DNA from: Phycisphaeraceae bacterium
GTDB taxonomy: Bacteria > Planctomycetota > Phycisphaerae > Phycisphaerales > Zrk34
Direction: 5' to 3'
Length of the DNA: 49,190 nucleotides
Assembly: GCA_040905565.1 (NCBI GenBank)
Contig: JBBDRF010000025.1
Coordinates: forward strand, 1-49,190
Position 1 is the first letter of the stretch; every line of letters starts with the position of its first letter. Both the position numbers and the translations under genes were made by a program. This document shows positions 1-9,819 of the stretch, in pieces. A model generated the notes under the pieces. It saw only the letters and a list, made by a program, of their open reading frames with translations, was not told where the DNA came from and ran no database searches.

Positions 1-18
1 AACGGCCAGTAGAAACTC

Positions 19-198
19 TCACTCAGACTGGATCAAGTTTTCCCGGGCAGGCCAATCGGACGAGAGTTTCTGCGCCGGATCGAGAACAACCTCAGCGATC
101 AGTTGTTCCGTGCTCCACCACCAGATCAACTGCACAGCAACAAGCAAGAGAACAATGGCACAACCGATGTACAAACAAGCGGCCAGCCGATTCGTCAT
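19..198 (-). CDS. Possible 59-aa small membrane protein (MTNRLAACLYIGCAIVLLLVAVQLIWWWST...)
   Basis: Manual translation from ATG 198 to TGA 19; one hydrophobic helix; AGGGG upstream. Below the ORF-track cutoff; no recognised family. Confidence 0.3.
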   Translation of the reverse strand: MTNRLAACLYIGCAIVLLLVAVQLIWWWSTEQLIAEVVLDPAQKLSSDWPARENLIQSE

Positions 199-405
199 GT
201 GGTGCCCCTACTTATCATGGCTTGTGCCAAGATTGCGAGTGTGGCGGTCAGCTAAGGCAGTGCATTGTACCGTGACGCTAGCGATATGCAGAAGGCGGAT
301 CGGTCAGGCGACGAGATGGGGCCTGCCTGAAACTATGTACCAGCCGGAATGAGAGTCGGTTGATTGATGGCTGATTCTATCGCTGGGCGGGCGAGGGGGG
401 GAGCA

Positions 406-1053
406 CTACACCCAGGTCTTCAAATCATCAAGCAGCGGGCCGAAGCCGTTGGGGAAGTTGGCGGCGATGGCGTCGAGATCGCTTGCGAGGCGGCGTGCAT
501 GTTCCACCGCTGCACGCGTCTGATAGCCCAGCGAGGGCCGATGGCGGCCGTACGCTTTTTGCTTGAGCTGTTGACGAATGTGCCGATAGGTGGTGCCGTC
601 TTCGTGATCGGCGATGTGCGCCAGCCACGCCTCCTCGGTGCAGTTGGGGTCACGACCGGAGAGGTACCAACCTTCGATCGCGGGGACGGCAAGCCCGGCA
701 GCCGTGCGGATCGGCCGGCGCTTCGGGTCCAACCTCGCCAGTTCATCCTGGGCGGTACTCAGCAGGGCCCGCGTCTCGCAGAGTCGGCAGTGCAGTGCGG
801 CGGCTGGGTCGTTTTCGTGCTCGGGTTGATGGATGGGGGTGTCGTCAGAATCGACGACGGTGACGAGCCCGTCCGCGCCGCCGTGTTTGTGAAGGGTGCG
901 AAGGATCGCGGGCAGATCACGCATGAACGTGTGCCCCGGCCGATAGCGAATGGCGGGGACGACGGGCATGGTGCGCATGCCGAGCGCGGCGTCGACGATC
1001 ACACGCAGTGCCGTTTCATCGGCGATGGATTCGGAAACGATGGCAACTCTCAT
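406..1053 (-). CDS. TOPRIM-like (DUF4276/RloB-type) protein partnered with the upstream ABC ATPase
   Basis: ATG 1053 overlaps the ATPase TGA (ATGA). N-terminal VAIVSESIADE resembles the TOPRIM E-x-x-x-D strand; DxD in VVDSDD; IEGWYL motif. Confidence 0.65.
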   Translation of the reverse strand: MRVAIVSESIADETALRVIVDAALGMRTMPVVPAIRYRPGHTFMRDLPAILRTLHKHGGADGLVTVVDSDDTPIHQPEHENDPAAALHCRLCETRALLSTAQDELARLDPKRRPIRTAAGLAVPAIEGWYLSGRDPNCTEEAWLAHIADHEDGTTYRHIRQQLKQKAYGRHRPSLGYQTRAAVEHARRLASDLDAIAANFPNGFGPLLDDLKTWV

Positions 1054-2024
1054 GGCTGGTCCGGCACTCCGCCGAGGATGCCCGAATACCACGCATCGCC
1101 GAGCGAGGTGTCGCGCAGGATGTCGTCGACGTCCACGCGATCGCACAGGCGGGTGAAGCGGCCGTTGCCGTCGGCGGTGCGTTCGGAGATCACGACCTCT
1201 TCAGGATGCTCGCGGAACAGGTCGAGCATGTAAGGCGAATGCGTGGTGGCGATCACCTGCACAGGGGCACGCGGATCGTCGAACTGATCGGGATAGGCAA
1301 GGCGGTAGAGCGCGTCACGCACTTCGCGGAGCAGGCGAATGTGGATGCCGTGGTCAGGCTCTTCGAGGGCGAGAATGGCGGGGGGGTTCGGCAGGTGGGC
1401 CACGGTCAGCAGGGTCAGCGCGGTCAGGGTGCCGTCGGAAAGATCGGGTGCGGGGATGGCGTAACCGCCCTGGCTGGTGCGAAGCTGAATCGCACGCTTG
1501 CCGGTCTCGGGGGTGTCAAACAGGATGCGATCGAACTCGGGCAGCCAGCTGTGAAGCTCCTCGTTGAGCTGCGTGAACCGCTCGGGGTGCTGATCGCGCA
1601 GACGATCCAGCACGCCCGCGAGACCTCGGCCGGTTCGCTCAAGCTCAACGTTCGGCGAGAGCGTGACGGGCTCGGCGATCGCATCGGCCCGAAGCGCGTA
1701 AAGCTGAAAGCGGGCGAGCCGATCGCGGCAGGTCTGCACCGCCCCAGTGGGCCCCTGCCAGGTGGGATCGCCGGCACGGCGGTGCGTCGTCGTCACAGCA
1801 TTGCCGTTGCCCTGCCAGTTGAGGGTGACTTCGATGGCGTCGGAGGCAGCGATCCCGACCGACGCGAAACGATCAAGCGCCCGGTTGCGGGCGACGGCTT
1901 CGAGGGCATTGATCGCCGTGGTCTTGCCTGAGCCGTTGGGCCCGATGATCAGCGTGAGCGGACTCAGCGGTAGGGTTGTGTCGCGCAGGGCTCGGAAGTT
2001 CTTGAAGTGGATCGTTTCGATCAT
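1050..2024 (-). CDS. ABC-type ATPase (AAA_15/AAA_21-like)
   Basis: Likely start MIETIHFKNFRAL at 2024; Walker A GPNGSGKT, signature LSDGT, Walker B LALEEPD, H-loop TTHSP; no transmembrane segments. Confidence 0.85.
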   Translation of the reverse strand: MIETIHFKNFRALRDTTLPLSPLTLIIGPNGSGKTTAINALEAVARNRALDRFASVGIAASDAIEVTLNWQGNGNAVTTTHRRAGDPTWQGPTGAVQTCRDRLARFQLYALRADAIAEPVTLSPNVELERTGRGLAGVLDRLRDQHPERFTQLNEELHSWLPEFDRILFDTPETGKRAIQLRTSQGGYAIPAPDLSDGTLTALTLLTVAHLPNPPAILALEEPDHGIHIRLLREVRDALYRLAYPDQFDDPRAPVQVIATTHSPYMLDLFREHPEEVVISERTADGNGRFTRLCDRVDVDDILRDTSLGDAWYSGILGGVPDQP

Positions 2025-2068
2025 GGGGCGATTGTACCGCAGGCAGGGGGGAAAGCTGGCTGGGGCGG

Positions 2069-3616
2069 TTAGCTTGTTTTCCAGAAGCGGGGCATGAAGA
2101 GGACGAGGATGGCGAAGACTTCGAGGCGGCCGAGCACCATCATCAGCGAGAGGAAGGCTTTGGTGGGGGTGGACATCCAGCCGAAGTGGGCGATGGGGCC
2201 GACGGCCGCGAAGCCGGGGCCGATGTTGAAGACGGTGGCGATGGAGGCGGTGGCGGCGGTGGTGAAATCGGCCTGGGGGTTGTTGATTTCCAGCATCATC
2301 ACGACGACCGCGCCGCCGGCGCACAGCAGCAGGATGCCGATGATGTAGGCGAGGACGGCGAGCTTCATGTCAGTGTCGATGGCGACCCTGCCGAGCCTTG
2401 TGGGACGGATGACGTGGGGATGGAACGCGCGTTCGAGCTCAGCGTAAATGATCTTGAACATGATCCAGACGCGGACGATCTTGAGGCCGCCTGCGGTGGA
2501 GCCGGCCGACCCGCCGATGAGCATGGCGGTGATGAGGACCGCCCGCGCGAAGAAAGGCCATTCGTTGAAGTCGGCCGTGGCGTAGCCGGTCGTGGTGGCC
2601 AGTGAAACGGTATTGAACAGGCCATGCTCGACGACGTTGGCGACGGTGGGCTCGAGCTGCTCACCGTCAGTGGCGGAGAGCGGCTGACCGGCGATCAGCA
2701 GCGTCGCGATGACGAGGGTGGCGGCAATGGTGAGCATGCCGAGGTAGACGCGTGTTTCGGTATCGCGGAGGGCGTTGCGGCCGGCTCGATTGAAGAGCTG
2801 GTAATAGACGCCGAAGTTCACACCCGCGAGGATCATGAACACCATGATGACGAGGTTGACGGCAGTGTTGTTGTAGCCGCCGAGGCTGGCGTTGTGGGGG
2901 CTGAAGCCGCCGATGGCGAGCGTGGAGAAGCCGTGGCAGAAGGCGTCGAACCACGCCATGCCGCACAGGCGGAGCAGGACAATGGCGAGGATGGTGAGGC
3001 CGGTGTAGATGATCCAGAGTGTTTTTGCGGTTTCCTGGATGCGTGGCCGAACGCCGCCCTGGGTGGGGCCTGTCATTTCGAAGGAGAAGAGTTTGCGTGC
3101 CCCGACGCCTAGCGATGGGAGGACCGCGACGAAGAGGACGACGATGCCGAGTCCGCCGAGCCATTGTGTGAGGGAGCGCCAGAGCAGGAGGGTGCGGGGC
3201 ATTGCTTCGATGTCGGTCAGGACGGTCGCGCCCGTCGTCGTGAGGCCTGACATGGCTTCGAAGTAGCAATCGATGTAGTTCTGGAAGGGGTGATGATCGG
3301 GAGCGGTGGCACCGAAGTGGGCCCAGATGAGGTAGGGGCAGGCGGCGAGGGCAGCACCGAGGAACCAGCTGAACGCGACAAGCAGCATGGCTTCGCGGCG
3401 GCCGAAGATATCCTTGCTATGGCTGCGGGTGCTGATGTACATCGTGCCGCCGATGATGATGCCGATGGCGGCACTGCCGAGGAAGCCGAGACTGCCGGCG
3501 GGCCAGGCATCGACGGCAAGCCAGACCGCCATCGCCCACAGCGCGACCCCCACCATGACGCCGGCAAGGACCAGCAGTAGCAGACCGATCTGATTGATAA
3601 CGAAACGGTAGTTCAT
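2069..3616 (-). CDS. trkH: Trk potassium uptake membrane protein, paralog 2
   Basis: FEAMSGLTTTGATV, QWLGGLGIVVL, GSAGSTAGGLKIVR, NIGPG and LGRLEVF motifs. Confidence 0.95.
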   Translation of the reverse strand: MNYRFVINQIGLLLLVLAGVMVGVALWAMAVWLAVDAWPAGSLGFLGSAAIGIIIGGTMYISTRSHSKDIFGRREAMLLVAFSWFLGAALAACPYLIWAHFGATAPDHHPFQNYIDCYFEAMSGLTTTGATVLTDIEAMPRTLLLWRSLTQWLGGLGIVVLFVAVLPSLGVGARKLFSFEMTGPTQGGVRPRIQETAKTLWIIYTGLTILAIVLLRLCGMAWFDAFCHGFSTLAIGGFSPHNASLGGYNNTAVNLVIMVFMILAGVNFGVYYQLFNRAGRNALRDTETRVYLGMLTIAATLVIATLLIAGQPLSATDGEQLEPTVANVVEHGLFNTVSLATTTGYATADFNEWPFFARAVLITAMLIGGSAGSTAGGLKIVRVWIMFKIIYAELERAFHPHVIRPTRLGRVAIDTDMKLAVLAYIIGILLLCAGGAVVVMMLEINNPQADFTTAATASIATVFNIGPGFAAVGPIAHFGWMSTPTKAFLSLMMVLGRLEVFAILVLFMPRFWKTS

Positions 3617-3632
3617 TGGGATCCAGAAAAAC

Positions 3633-5174
3633 TCAGCCGCGCCAGAAGCGGGGCATTAAGAGGACGGCGAGAGCGAAGACCTCGAGGCGGCCCAGCAGCA
3701 TCCAGAACGAGAGGAAAATTTTGGTCGCGTCGGTCATCCAGCCGTAGTTCTCGATCGCGCCGACCTGATGGAAGCCAGGGCCGACGACGAAGAGCGTGGC
3801 GGCGGAGGCGGAGGCTGCGGTGGTGAAGCTGGCCTCGCCTCCTTCGAAGACCATGATGGTGAACGCGCCGAGGCCGAAGAGGGCGACGATGCCGATGACA
3901 TAGCTGAGGATGGCGATGCGCAGGTCAGGATCGATCGTCGTCTTGCCGACGCGCAGCGGGCGAACGACGTGGGGGGAGAAAGCGCGTTCGAGTTCAGCGA
4001 GGATGACCTTGATGGCGATCCACACGCGGATGATTTTGATCCCGCCGGCGGTGGACCCGGCACAGCCGCCGACGAACATCATCATCAGCAGGATGGCCTT
4101 CGCAGCGAAGGGCCAGGTGTCGTAGTTGCTCGTGGCGAAGCCAGTGGAGGTTTGAATGGAGGAAACCTGGAAGGCCGCCTCGACCACAGTGGTGGCGGAG
4201 CGTGCTTCGATCACGCGGCCGTCGGTGGTGGTGATGGGGTCGCCGGCGGTGAGGAGGATGACGGTGACGGCGACGGTCGCGATGAGCATGGTGGCCAGGT
4301 AAACGCGGAGTTCGGTATCGCGGAAGAAGTTCTTCGCCGACCGCAGGGTGAGCTGGTAATACAGGCCGAAGTTCACGCCGGCGAGCACCATGAAGACGAT
4401 GGTGACCAGATTGATGGCGGTGGACGCGTAGCCGCCGAGGCTGGCGTTATGGGGGCTGAATCCGCCGGTGGCGAGGGTGGTAAATGCGTGACAGGCGGCA
4501 TCGAACCAGGGCATGCCGCAAAGCCGCAGCGAGACGACTTGTGCGGCTGTCAGGGCGACGTAGATCACCCAGAGGGCCGCAGCGGTATCGCGGATGCGTG
4601 GGCGGACGCCGCCGTGGGTGGGGCCAGAGACTTCGACGTGGAAAAGCCGTTTGCCCATCACGCCGAGCGTCGGAAGCACGGCGACGAAGAGGACGACGAT
4701 GCCGAGGCCGCCGAGCCATTGTGTGAGCGCACGCCAGAGCAGGATGCCGCGTGGCAGGGCTTCGATATCGGAGAGGACGGTGGCGCCGGTGGTGGTGAGG
4801 CCGGACATCGCTTCGAAGTAACAATTGATGAAGCTCTTGAACGGGTGGGCCTGATCGGCGGTGAGTTGGAGGTGGGCCCAGAAGTAGAAAGGCAGTGAAG
4901 CGATGGCGGTGCCGAGGAACCATGTGAGGGCGACGAGCAGCAGGGCTTCGCGTCGGCCGAAGATATCGCCCGATCGGCCGCGTCCGTACCACCAGAGGAT
5001 GGTGCCGAACACGACGCCGACGCCCGCGGCGCTGAGCGTGGCTTCGATCGCCGTCAGTTCATCGACGGTGCCGGCGAGATACTCGGCGAATTCGTACAAC
5101 GCCAGCGCGACCAGCAGCCCGCTGAGCACGAGCAGGAGCAAGCCAAGTTGATTCGCAACGAAGCGATGGTTCAT
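3633..5174 (-). CDS. trkH: Trk potassium uptake membrane protein, paralog 1
   Basis: Same TrkH motifs: SGLTTTGATV, GGCAGSTAGGIKIIR, LGRLEVF. Confidence 0.95.
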   Translation of the reverse strand: MNHRFVANQLGLLLLVLSGLLVALALYEFAEYLAGTVDELTAIEATLSAAGVGVVFGTILWWYGRGRSGDIFGRREALLLVALTWFLGTAIASLPFYFWAHLQLTADQAHPFKSFINCYFEAMSGLTTTGATVLSDIEALPRGILLWRALTQWLGGLGIVVLFVAVLPTLGVMGKRLFHVEVSGPTHGGVRPRIRDTAAALWVIYVALTAAQVVSLRLCGMPWFDAACHAFTTLATGGFSPHNASLGGYASTAINLVTIVFMVLAGVNFGLYYQLTLRSAKNFFRDTELRVYLATMLIATVAVTVILLTAGDPITTTDGRVIEARSATTVVEAAFQVSSIQTSTGFATSNYDTWPFAAKAILLMMMFVGGCAGSTAGGIKIIRVWIAIKVILAELERAFSPHVVRPLRVGKTTIDPDLRIAILSYVIGIVALFGLGAFTIMVFEGGEASFTTAASASAATLFVVGPGFHQVGAIENYGWMTDATKIFLSFWMLLGRLEVFALAVLLMPRFWRG

Positions 5175-5212
5175 CAGGCGTGCCTAGACGGGAAGGACGA
5201 GGAGGGAGAGGC

Positions 5213-6556
5213 TCAGGCGGAGCCGAAGATGTTGTGGAGTTTGTCTTCCGTGCCGTGGCGGCCGACGACGAGGACGGTATCGTCGATGTCGATCAGGTCG
5301 TCGGCCGTGGGGACGCGGACGTCGATGTCGTGCTGGATCGCCGCCAGCATCCACTCGGGGCCCAGGGGCAACTTCCGGAGCGGCTGCCCGACGGCCGGCG
5401 CGTCGGCCGCGACGCGGACACGGTAAAGATCCACCACGCCTTCGGCCAGCGTCGCCATCCGAAGCATCGGCGATTCATCCAGGCTGCGTTCAATCTGCTT
5501 GGCCGCCACCACCCGCGGACTGAAAACGTGGTCGATGCCGATGCGCTGCACCAGGTGGGCGTAACGCGGACGCTGGACCATGGCGATTACGCGTTTCACG
5601 CCGGTGGACTTCGCCCACGCACAGCCGAGGATGTTGTGCTCGTCATCATCGGTCAGGCCGACGAAGGCGTCGACGTCGGCGATGCGCTCTTCCTCAAACT
5701 CATTGAGCTCGGTCGGATCGGAATGCACCACCGTCACCCAATCCAGCTTGTTCGCCAGTTCCTCCGCCCGCTCGCGGTTCTGCTCAAAGAGGCGGATCGA
5801 CCATGCACGATCCCGCAGCGCCCGGCAGAGCCAGACGCCCTCGGGCGTGCCGCCCATGATGACCAACCGCCTGCGACCAGGAGCGGCACGCTGAAAGAGC
5901 TTGCGGCCTTCGGGGAAGACGTCGCTGTTGCCGACGAGAATGACCACGTCGCCAGCATCGATGATGGTCGTCGCCACGGGCACGAACGCACTGGCGCCCC
6001 GACGCACCGCAGCCAGGCGAACGCCCTTGGGCAGGTTCAGCTCGACCAGTTGCTTGCCGACCGCCGGGGCATCGACATCGACGGGAAACTCCTGCATTTC
6101 AATGCGGCCGGCTGCGAAGTTCTCAATCGCCAGGGCAGCGGGATTGCGGATGGTCGAGGCGATCGCCTGGGCCGTCGACCACTCGGGGCAGATGAGCCGA
6201 TCGATGCCGAGGTGGCGGGCGTAATCCAGACCGCGCATGTTGAAGTAGGCCGAGTGATGGACGCGCGCGATGCACTTGCCGACGCCGATGCCCTTGGCCA
6301 CCGCGGCCGTGAGCAGGTTGATTTCGTCGGAGCTTGTCGCCGCCACAAGGGCTCCCTGCGGATCGGCGGCGCCAGCTTCGCGCAGCACGTCGGCATTGGC
6401 GCAGTTGCCAGCCAGCGTGCGGACATCGAGACGGTCTTCCAGGTCGGCCAGCCGTTCGGGGCGACTGTCGACAATCGTTATGTCATGGCCGGCTGTGCCG
6501 AGCACCTCAGCAGCGTACGTGCCCACCTCGCCGGCTCCACAGATAATCACGTTCAT
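5213..6556 (-). CDS. trkA: Trk system regulatory subunit with tandem RCK domains
   Basis: Start MNVIICGAGEVG (Rossmann motif); SDEINL and LICPE motifs; about 447 aa; directly upstream of trkH. Confidence 0.95.
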   Translation of the reverse strand: MNVIICGAGEVGTYAAEVLGTAGHDITIVDSRPERLADLEDRLDVRTLAGNCANADVLREAGAADPQGALVAATSSDEINLLTAAVAKGIGVGKCIARVHHSAYFNMRGLDYARHLGIDRLICPEWSTAQAIASTIRNPAALAIENFAAGRIEMQEFPVDVDAPAVGKQLVELNLPKGVRLAAVRRGASAFVPVATTIIDAGDVVILVGNSDVFPEGRKLFQRAAPGRRRLVIMGGTPEGVWLCRALRDRAWSIRLFEQNRERAEELANKLDWVTVVHSDPTELNEFEEERIADVDAFVGLTDDDEHNILGCAWAKSTGVKRVIAMVQRPRYAHLVQRIGIDHVFSPRVVAAKQIERSLDESPMLRMATLAEGVVDLYRVRVAADAPAVGQPLRKLPLGPEWMLAAIQHDIDVRVPTADDLIDIDDTVLVVGRHGTEDKLHNIFGSA

Positions 6557-6624
6557 AGTCGGTGATCTTACTCGATTCATGGCAGGATTCGCCAAGGCGG
6601 GCCGCTATGAAGTCCGCAGTCAAC

Positions 6625-6656
6625 AAAAAACCCCTCGACCGGGTGGCCGAGGGGTT
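6625..6656 (-). terminator. Intrinsic terminator of the MFS gene
   Basis: CCCCTCG/CGAGGGG stem with adjacent A6 on + (U6 on -). Confidence 0.8.
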
Positions 6657-6687
6657 GAGGATCAAAGGTGGTTGTTGCCGGCGTGAG

Positions 6688-8538
6688 TTACTCGACGGGG
6701 CCTTCGACGCCGCCTGCCATGGTGGCTTCCTTCTCGGAGGGCTCGTGGCCGGTCAACTTCTCGGCCTGGTAGCCGCCCTTGGAGCGGAAGTAGATAAACA
6801 TGCCGATGTAGCAGATGAGCATGAAGCCCGGGAGGATGGCCACGGTCGACAGGGCGTTCTGCTTGGAGGTCACATCGACCTCCGCGAGGATGGCCGTCTG
6901 ATCGGCGAGACCCTCGTAGCGTTCGGCGTCGATGAAGTAGTTTTCCTCTTCGAGGGCTGCGACCTGATCGTCGAAGGACTGGTTGGCAGCGAGTTCGCCG
7001 GTGGCGTGCTCGTAGGCTGAGCTGACGAGCACCTGATAGGCGGGATCGTCGGCGAGTGCGGCGGTGATCTCATCCTGCGAGGGTGAATCGCCGAGTTCTT
7101 CCGCAGCGGCCTGGCGTGCTTCGAAGAGATTGACGCGGAACTGGGTGTCGGCGACGAGATCGCTGTTGAGCGAGCGATACGTGCCGAACACGCTCTCCTG
7201 TTCTTCGTCCATGACCTGTGAGTGAAGGGAGGGGTGATTCTCGGCGAGGTAGCCGTCGATCTCCCGGTCCTGCACGTTGCCGAGGAACGCCGCCCCGACC
7301 ACGCCGACGCCGAGCATGCCGACACCTGCGATGGTGTTGAGCGTCAGCGCGCCGCCCTTGGGCGATTGCTCCGCGGCGATGCCGAGCATGGCGGGCCAGA
7401 AGAACGACTTGCCGAAGCCGTAGATGGTGGCGGCGACGAGGATGGAGACGGCACCGGCGGCACCGGAGAGCGACACCAGGCCGATGATGGCCACGATGCA
7501 GCTTACCAGCAATACGCCGAGCGGCGAGAAGAAGCCGATGATCGGGCCGGCGTAAAAGCGGAGGACCATCATGATGGCGGAGGTGTACACGAGCACCCAG
7601 CCGCTGTTCACGTTGATCTGTTCCATGGCCGGACCCATGAGTTCGGTGATCCAGCTGTCGGTCCCGAGTTCCGTGGTGGCCAGGGGAATCATGACGATGA
7701 GGAGGAAGATGAACAGGGGCTTGCCGAGCGCCCAGCTGACGGCATAGCCGTAGCCGCCCACAAGGACTGCACCGATGATCAACTGGACGGGGGTGCTCCA
7801 GTCGAAGACACGTCCGACTTCACGGACGATCAGTGCCACGACGATCAACGCGCCGAGCACGCCGACTTCCTGGAGCATGGCTTTGTAGGAAACGCCCGCA
7901 GCGACGCGTTCGTTCGGCGGGAAGTAGCAGCGGACCATCATCAACCCGTAAGCGAGAACGGGGATGAGCACGAGGGCGACTTTCCATTCCCAGGTCACCG
8001 AGCCCGGCAGCGCCATCATGATCACGCCGCCGATCACCAGACCACCCGGCCAGCCGGCGTGAAGAATGGTGAGCCACTTGGCCTTCTCACGCGGGAACAT
8101 GGTCGCCACGACGGGGTTGACGACGGCTTCGATGGTGCCGTTGCCGAGTGCGAGGACGAAGGTGCCGATGTACAGGCCCCAGTAGCCCCATTCGAAGACA
8201 CCGGTAGCGATGGTGATCGCTGCGGAGCCGACGTGGCAGGCAAAGGCGAAAACCATCGACGTGCCGTAGCCGATCTTGTCGATGATCAGCGAGAAGAGGA
8301 CGATGGAGACGGCGAAAGGCCAGAGGCCCACGCCGAAGAGCTCGCCCTGTTGGGTCTGACTCAGACCGAAGTCTGTCGCCCAGTCGCCGATAATCATCGC
8401 GCGGATAATGAACCCGAACGAGGTGGCAATCAGGGAGATAAAACACGCCCAGAAAAGGAATTTTTCAGAAGCGGTTGGACCGTTGTTCTCGGGCGACTCT
8501 CCAGATGGAGTCGCAGCGGTGTTGGGACCATCGACCAT
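6688..8538 (-). CDS. MFS transporter with a large acidic insertion before the last helix
   Basis: About 12 hydrophobic helices; IIDKIGYG loop motif; GNGTIEAVVNP motif of FucP/sugar-type MFS proteins. Confidence 0.85.
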   Translation of the reverse strand: MVDGPNTAATPSGESPENNGPTASEKFLFWACFISLIATSFGFIIRAMIIGDWATDFGLSQTQQGELFGVGLWPFAVSIVLFSLIIDKIGYGTSMVFAFACHVGSAAITIATGVFEWGYWGLYIGTFVLALGNGTIEAVVNPVVATMFPREKAKWLTILHAGWPGGLVIGGVIMMALPGSVTWEWKVALVLIPVLAYGLMMVRCYFPPNERVAAGVSYKAMLQEVGVLGALIVVALIVREVGRVFDWSTPVQLIIGAVLVGGYGYAVSWALGKPLFIFLLIVMIPLATTELGTDSWITELMGPAMEQINVNSGWVLVYTSAIMMVLRFYAGPIIGFFSPLGVLLVSCIVAIIGLVSLSGAAGAVSILVAATIYGFGKSFFWPAMLGIAAEQSPKGGALTLNTIAGVGMLGVGVVGAAFLGNVQDREIDGYLAENHPSLHSQVMDEEQESVFGTYRSLNSDLVADTQFRVNLFEARQAAAEELGDSPSQDEITAALADDPAYQVLVSSAYEHATGELAANQSFDDQVAALEEENYFIDAERYEGLADQTAILAEVDVTSKQNALSTVAILPGFMLICYIGMFIYFRSKGGYQAEKLTGHEPSEKEATMAGGVEGPVE

Positions 8539-8768
8539 GACGGGGTGCCCTCCAGAACGGATGGGTTAAAATGGAATGCCTCGAATGAACGTCCGAATCG
8601 ACGGCAAAGTTACGTGAGCGTATCGACAATGTCAACGCATAAGCCCGGTCAAAGATAAGCCTGGGGAGAAGCCCGGGTCGGGCGACCGGGGAGCGTTCGT
8701 GATGCATAACTGTTTGCAAGGTCATACATAATGCTACAGTACTTCGCCTCAAGCACCGGAGTTGAGCC

Positions 8769-9227
8769 ATGAAACGCCTCAGAAACCTTTTGCTGGGTTT
8801 GATGGTGATTTTCGGTACAGCCGCCGGCTGCTCGAGTTTTGAAACGCAGTGGGAGGCGGCGGGGGCGGGGCTAGGTCCGGCCGATGGCATCACCGGACGC
8901 TGGGTCGGCACGTGGGAGAGCGAAGACAACGGCCACCACGGCGACCTCCGCGCCATCGTTATCGCCAACGACGACGGCACGTACAACATTCACTACCACG
9001 CCACCTACGGCACCCTGTTCACGCTGACCTACGCTTACGACTTACAAGACGTCAAAGCGGAGCAGCGAAGTGGGGGGGATGGTGCCTATCACCTCGCCGG
9101 CGACTCCGACCTCGGCTGGTTCGGCACCTACTCCCACCAGGCACGCGTTACGCCCACGCACTTCATCGCCGACTACGAAGCCAGCATCGGCGACTTCGGC
9201 AGTTATCGCATGCAACGGCCTGAATGA
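8769..9227 (+). CDS. Hypothetical lipoprotein, probably a small beta-barrel
   Basis: Signal peptide ending TAAGC; GRWVGTW strand; GGAG RBS. Confidence 0.7.
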   Translation: MKRLRNLLLGLMVIFGTAAGCSSFETQWEAAGAGLGPADGITGRWVGTWESEDNGHHGDLRAIVIANDDGTYNIHYHATYGTLFTLTYAYDLQDVKAEQRSGGDGAYHLAGDSDLGWFGTYSHQARVTPTHFIADYEASIGDFGSYRMQRPE

Positions 9228-9237
9228 TGGGCGCCCT

Positions 9238-9762
9238 TCAAAGGCAGCGGTGGATGAGGTGGCGAATGACATCCGGCGGGGCCAGGCGCGTCACATCCAG
9301 CACATGGTCGGCGACGGCCTGGTAGACCGGGTCACGCTCGGCCAGCACAGCTTCGATTTCCGTCACAGCGTCGCCCGTCGTCGTGAGGCTGGGGCGGCTG
9401 GCGCGCGTGGCCGCATCGGCTTCAAGGCGCTGGGCGAGGACGGCAGCATCGCACTTAAGGTAGATCCGCACGGTTTCGTCGGCCTGCTCGATGCTCTGCC
9501 GCGCGGCCGGCTGCATCACGCTGCCGCCGCCTAACGCGATGACCTGGTCGCGGTGCTTCAGGAAGTCGGCCACGACTTCGCACTCGGTCTGTCGGAAGGC
9601 GGACTCGCCGTGGGTTTCCCAAATCTCGGCGATGGTGGCGTTGTCGAACCGCTTACAGATTTCCACATCTGTATCGACGAACGTCTTCCATAGCTGCATC
9701 GCCAGTTTCTTGCCGACGGTGGTCTTGCCCGAGCCGCGATAACCAAGTAGGACGATGTTCAT
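9238..9762 (-). CDS. aroK: Shikimate kinase
   Basis: GYRGSGKTTVG Walker A, FVDTD, GESAFRQTE, ALGGG, RPSL. Confidence 0.95.
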   Translation of the reverse strand: MNIVLLGYRGSGKTTVGKKLAMQLWKTFVDTDVEICKRFDNATIAEIWETHGESAFRQTECEVVADFLKHRDQVIALGGGSVMQPAARQSIEQADETVRIYLKCDAAVLAQRLEADAATRASRPSLTTTGDAVTEIEAVLAERDPVYQAVADHVLDVTRLAPPDVIRHLIHRCL

Positions 9763-9819
9763 GAGACCGGCAGTGTAACATGCCGAGGGACGAACGGAAT
9801 CGGGCGGGGTCGGAGAAGA

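Noticed and set aside
1050..2324. 424-aa version of the ATPase
   Set aside because: The first 100 residues overlap trkH in another frame; the family-typical start is at 2024.
364..8658. Long + strand ORFs such as 364-1233, 1008-1931, 3768-4898, 5180-6565 and 7222-8658
   Set aside because: Antisense shadows of well-supported - strand genes, expected at high GC. The same applies to 23119-24711, 36394-38025 and similar ORFs.
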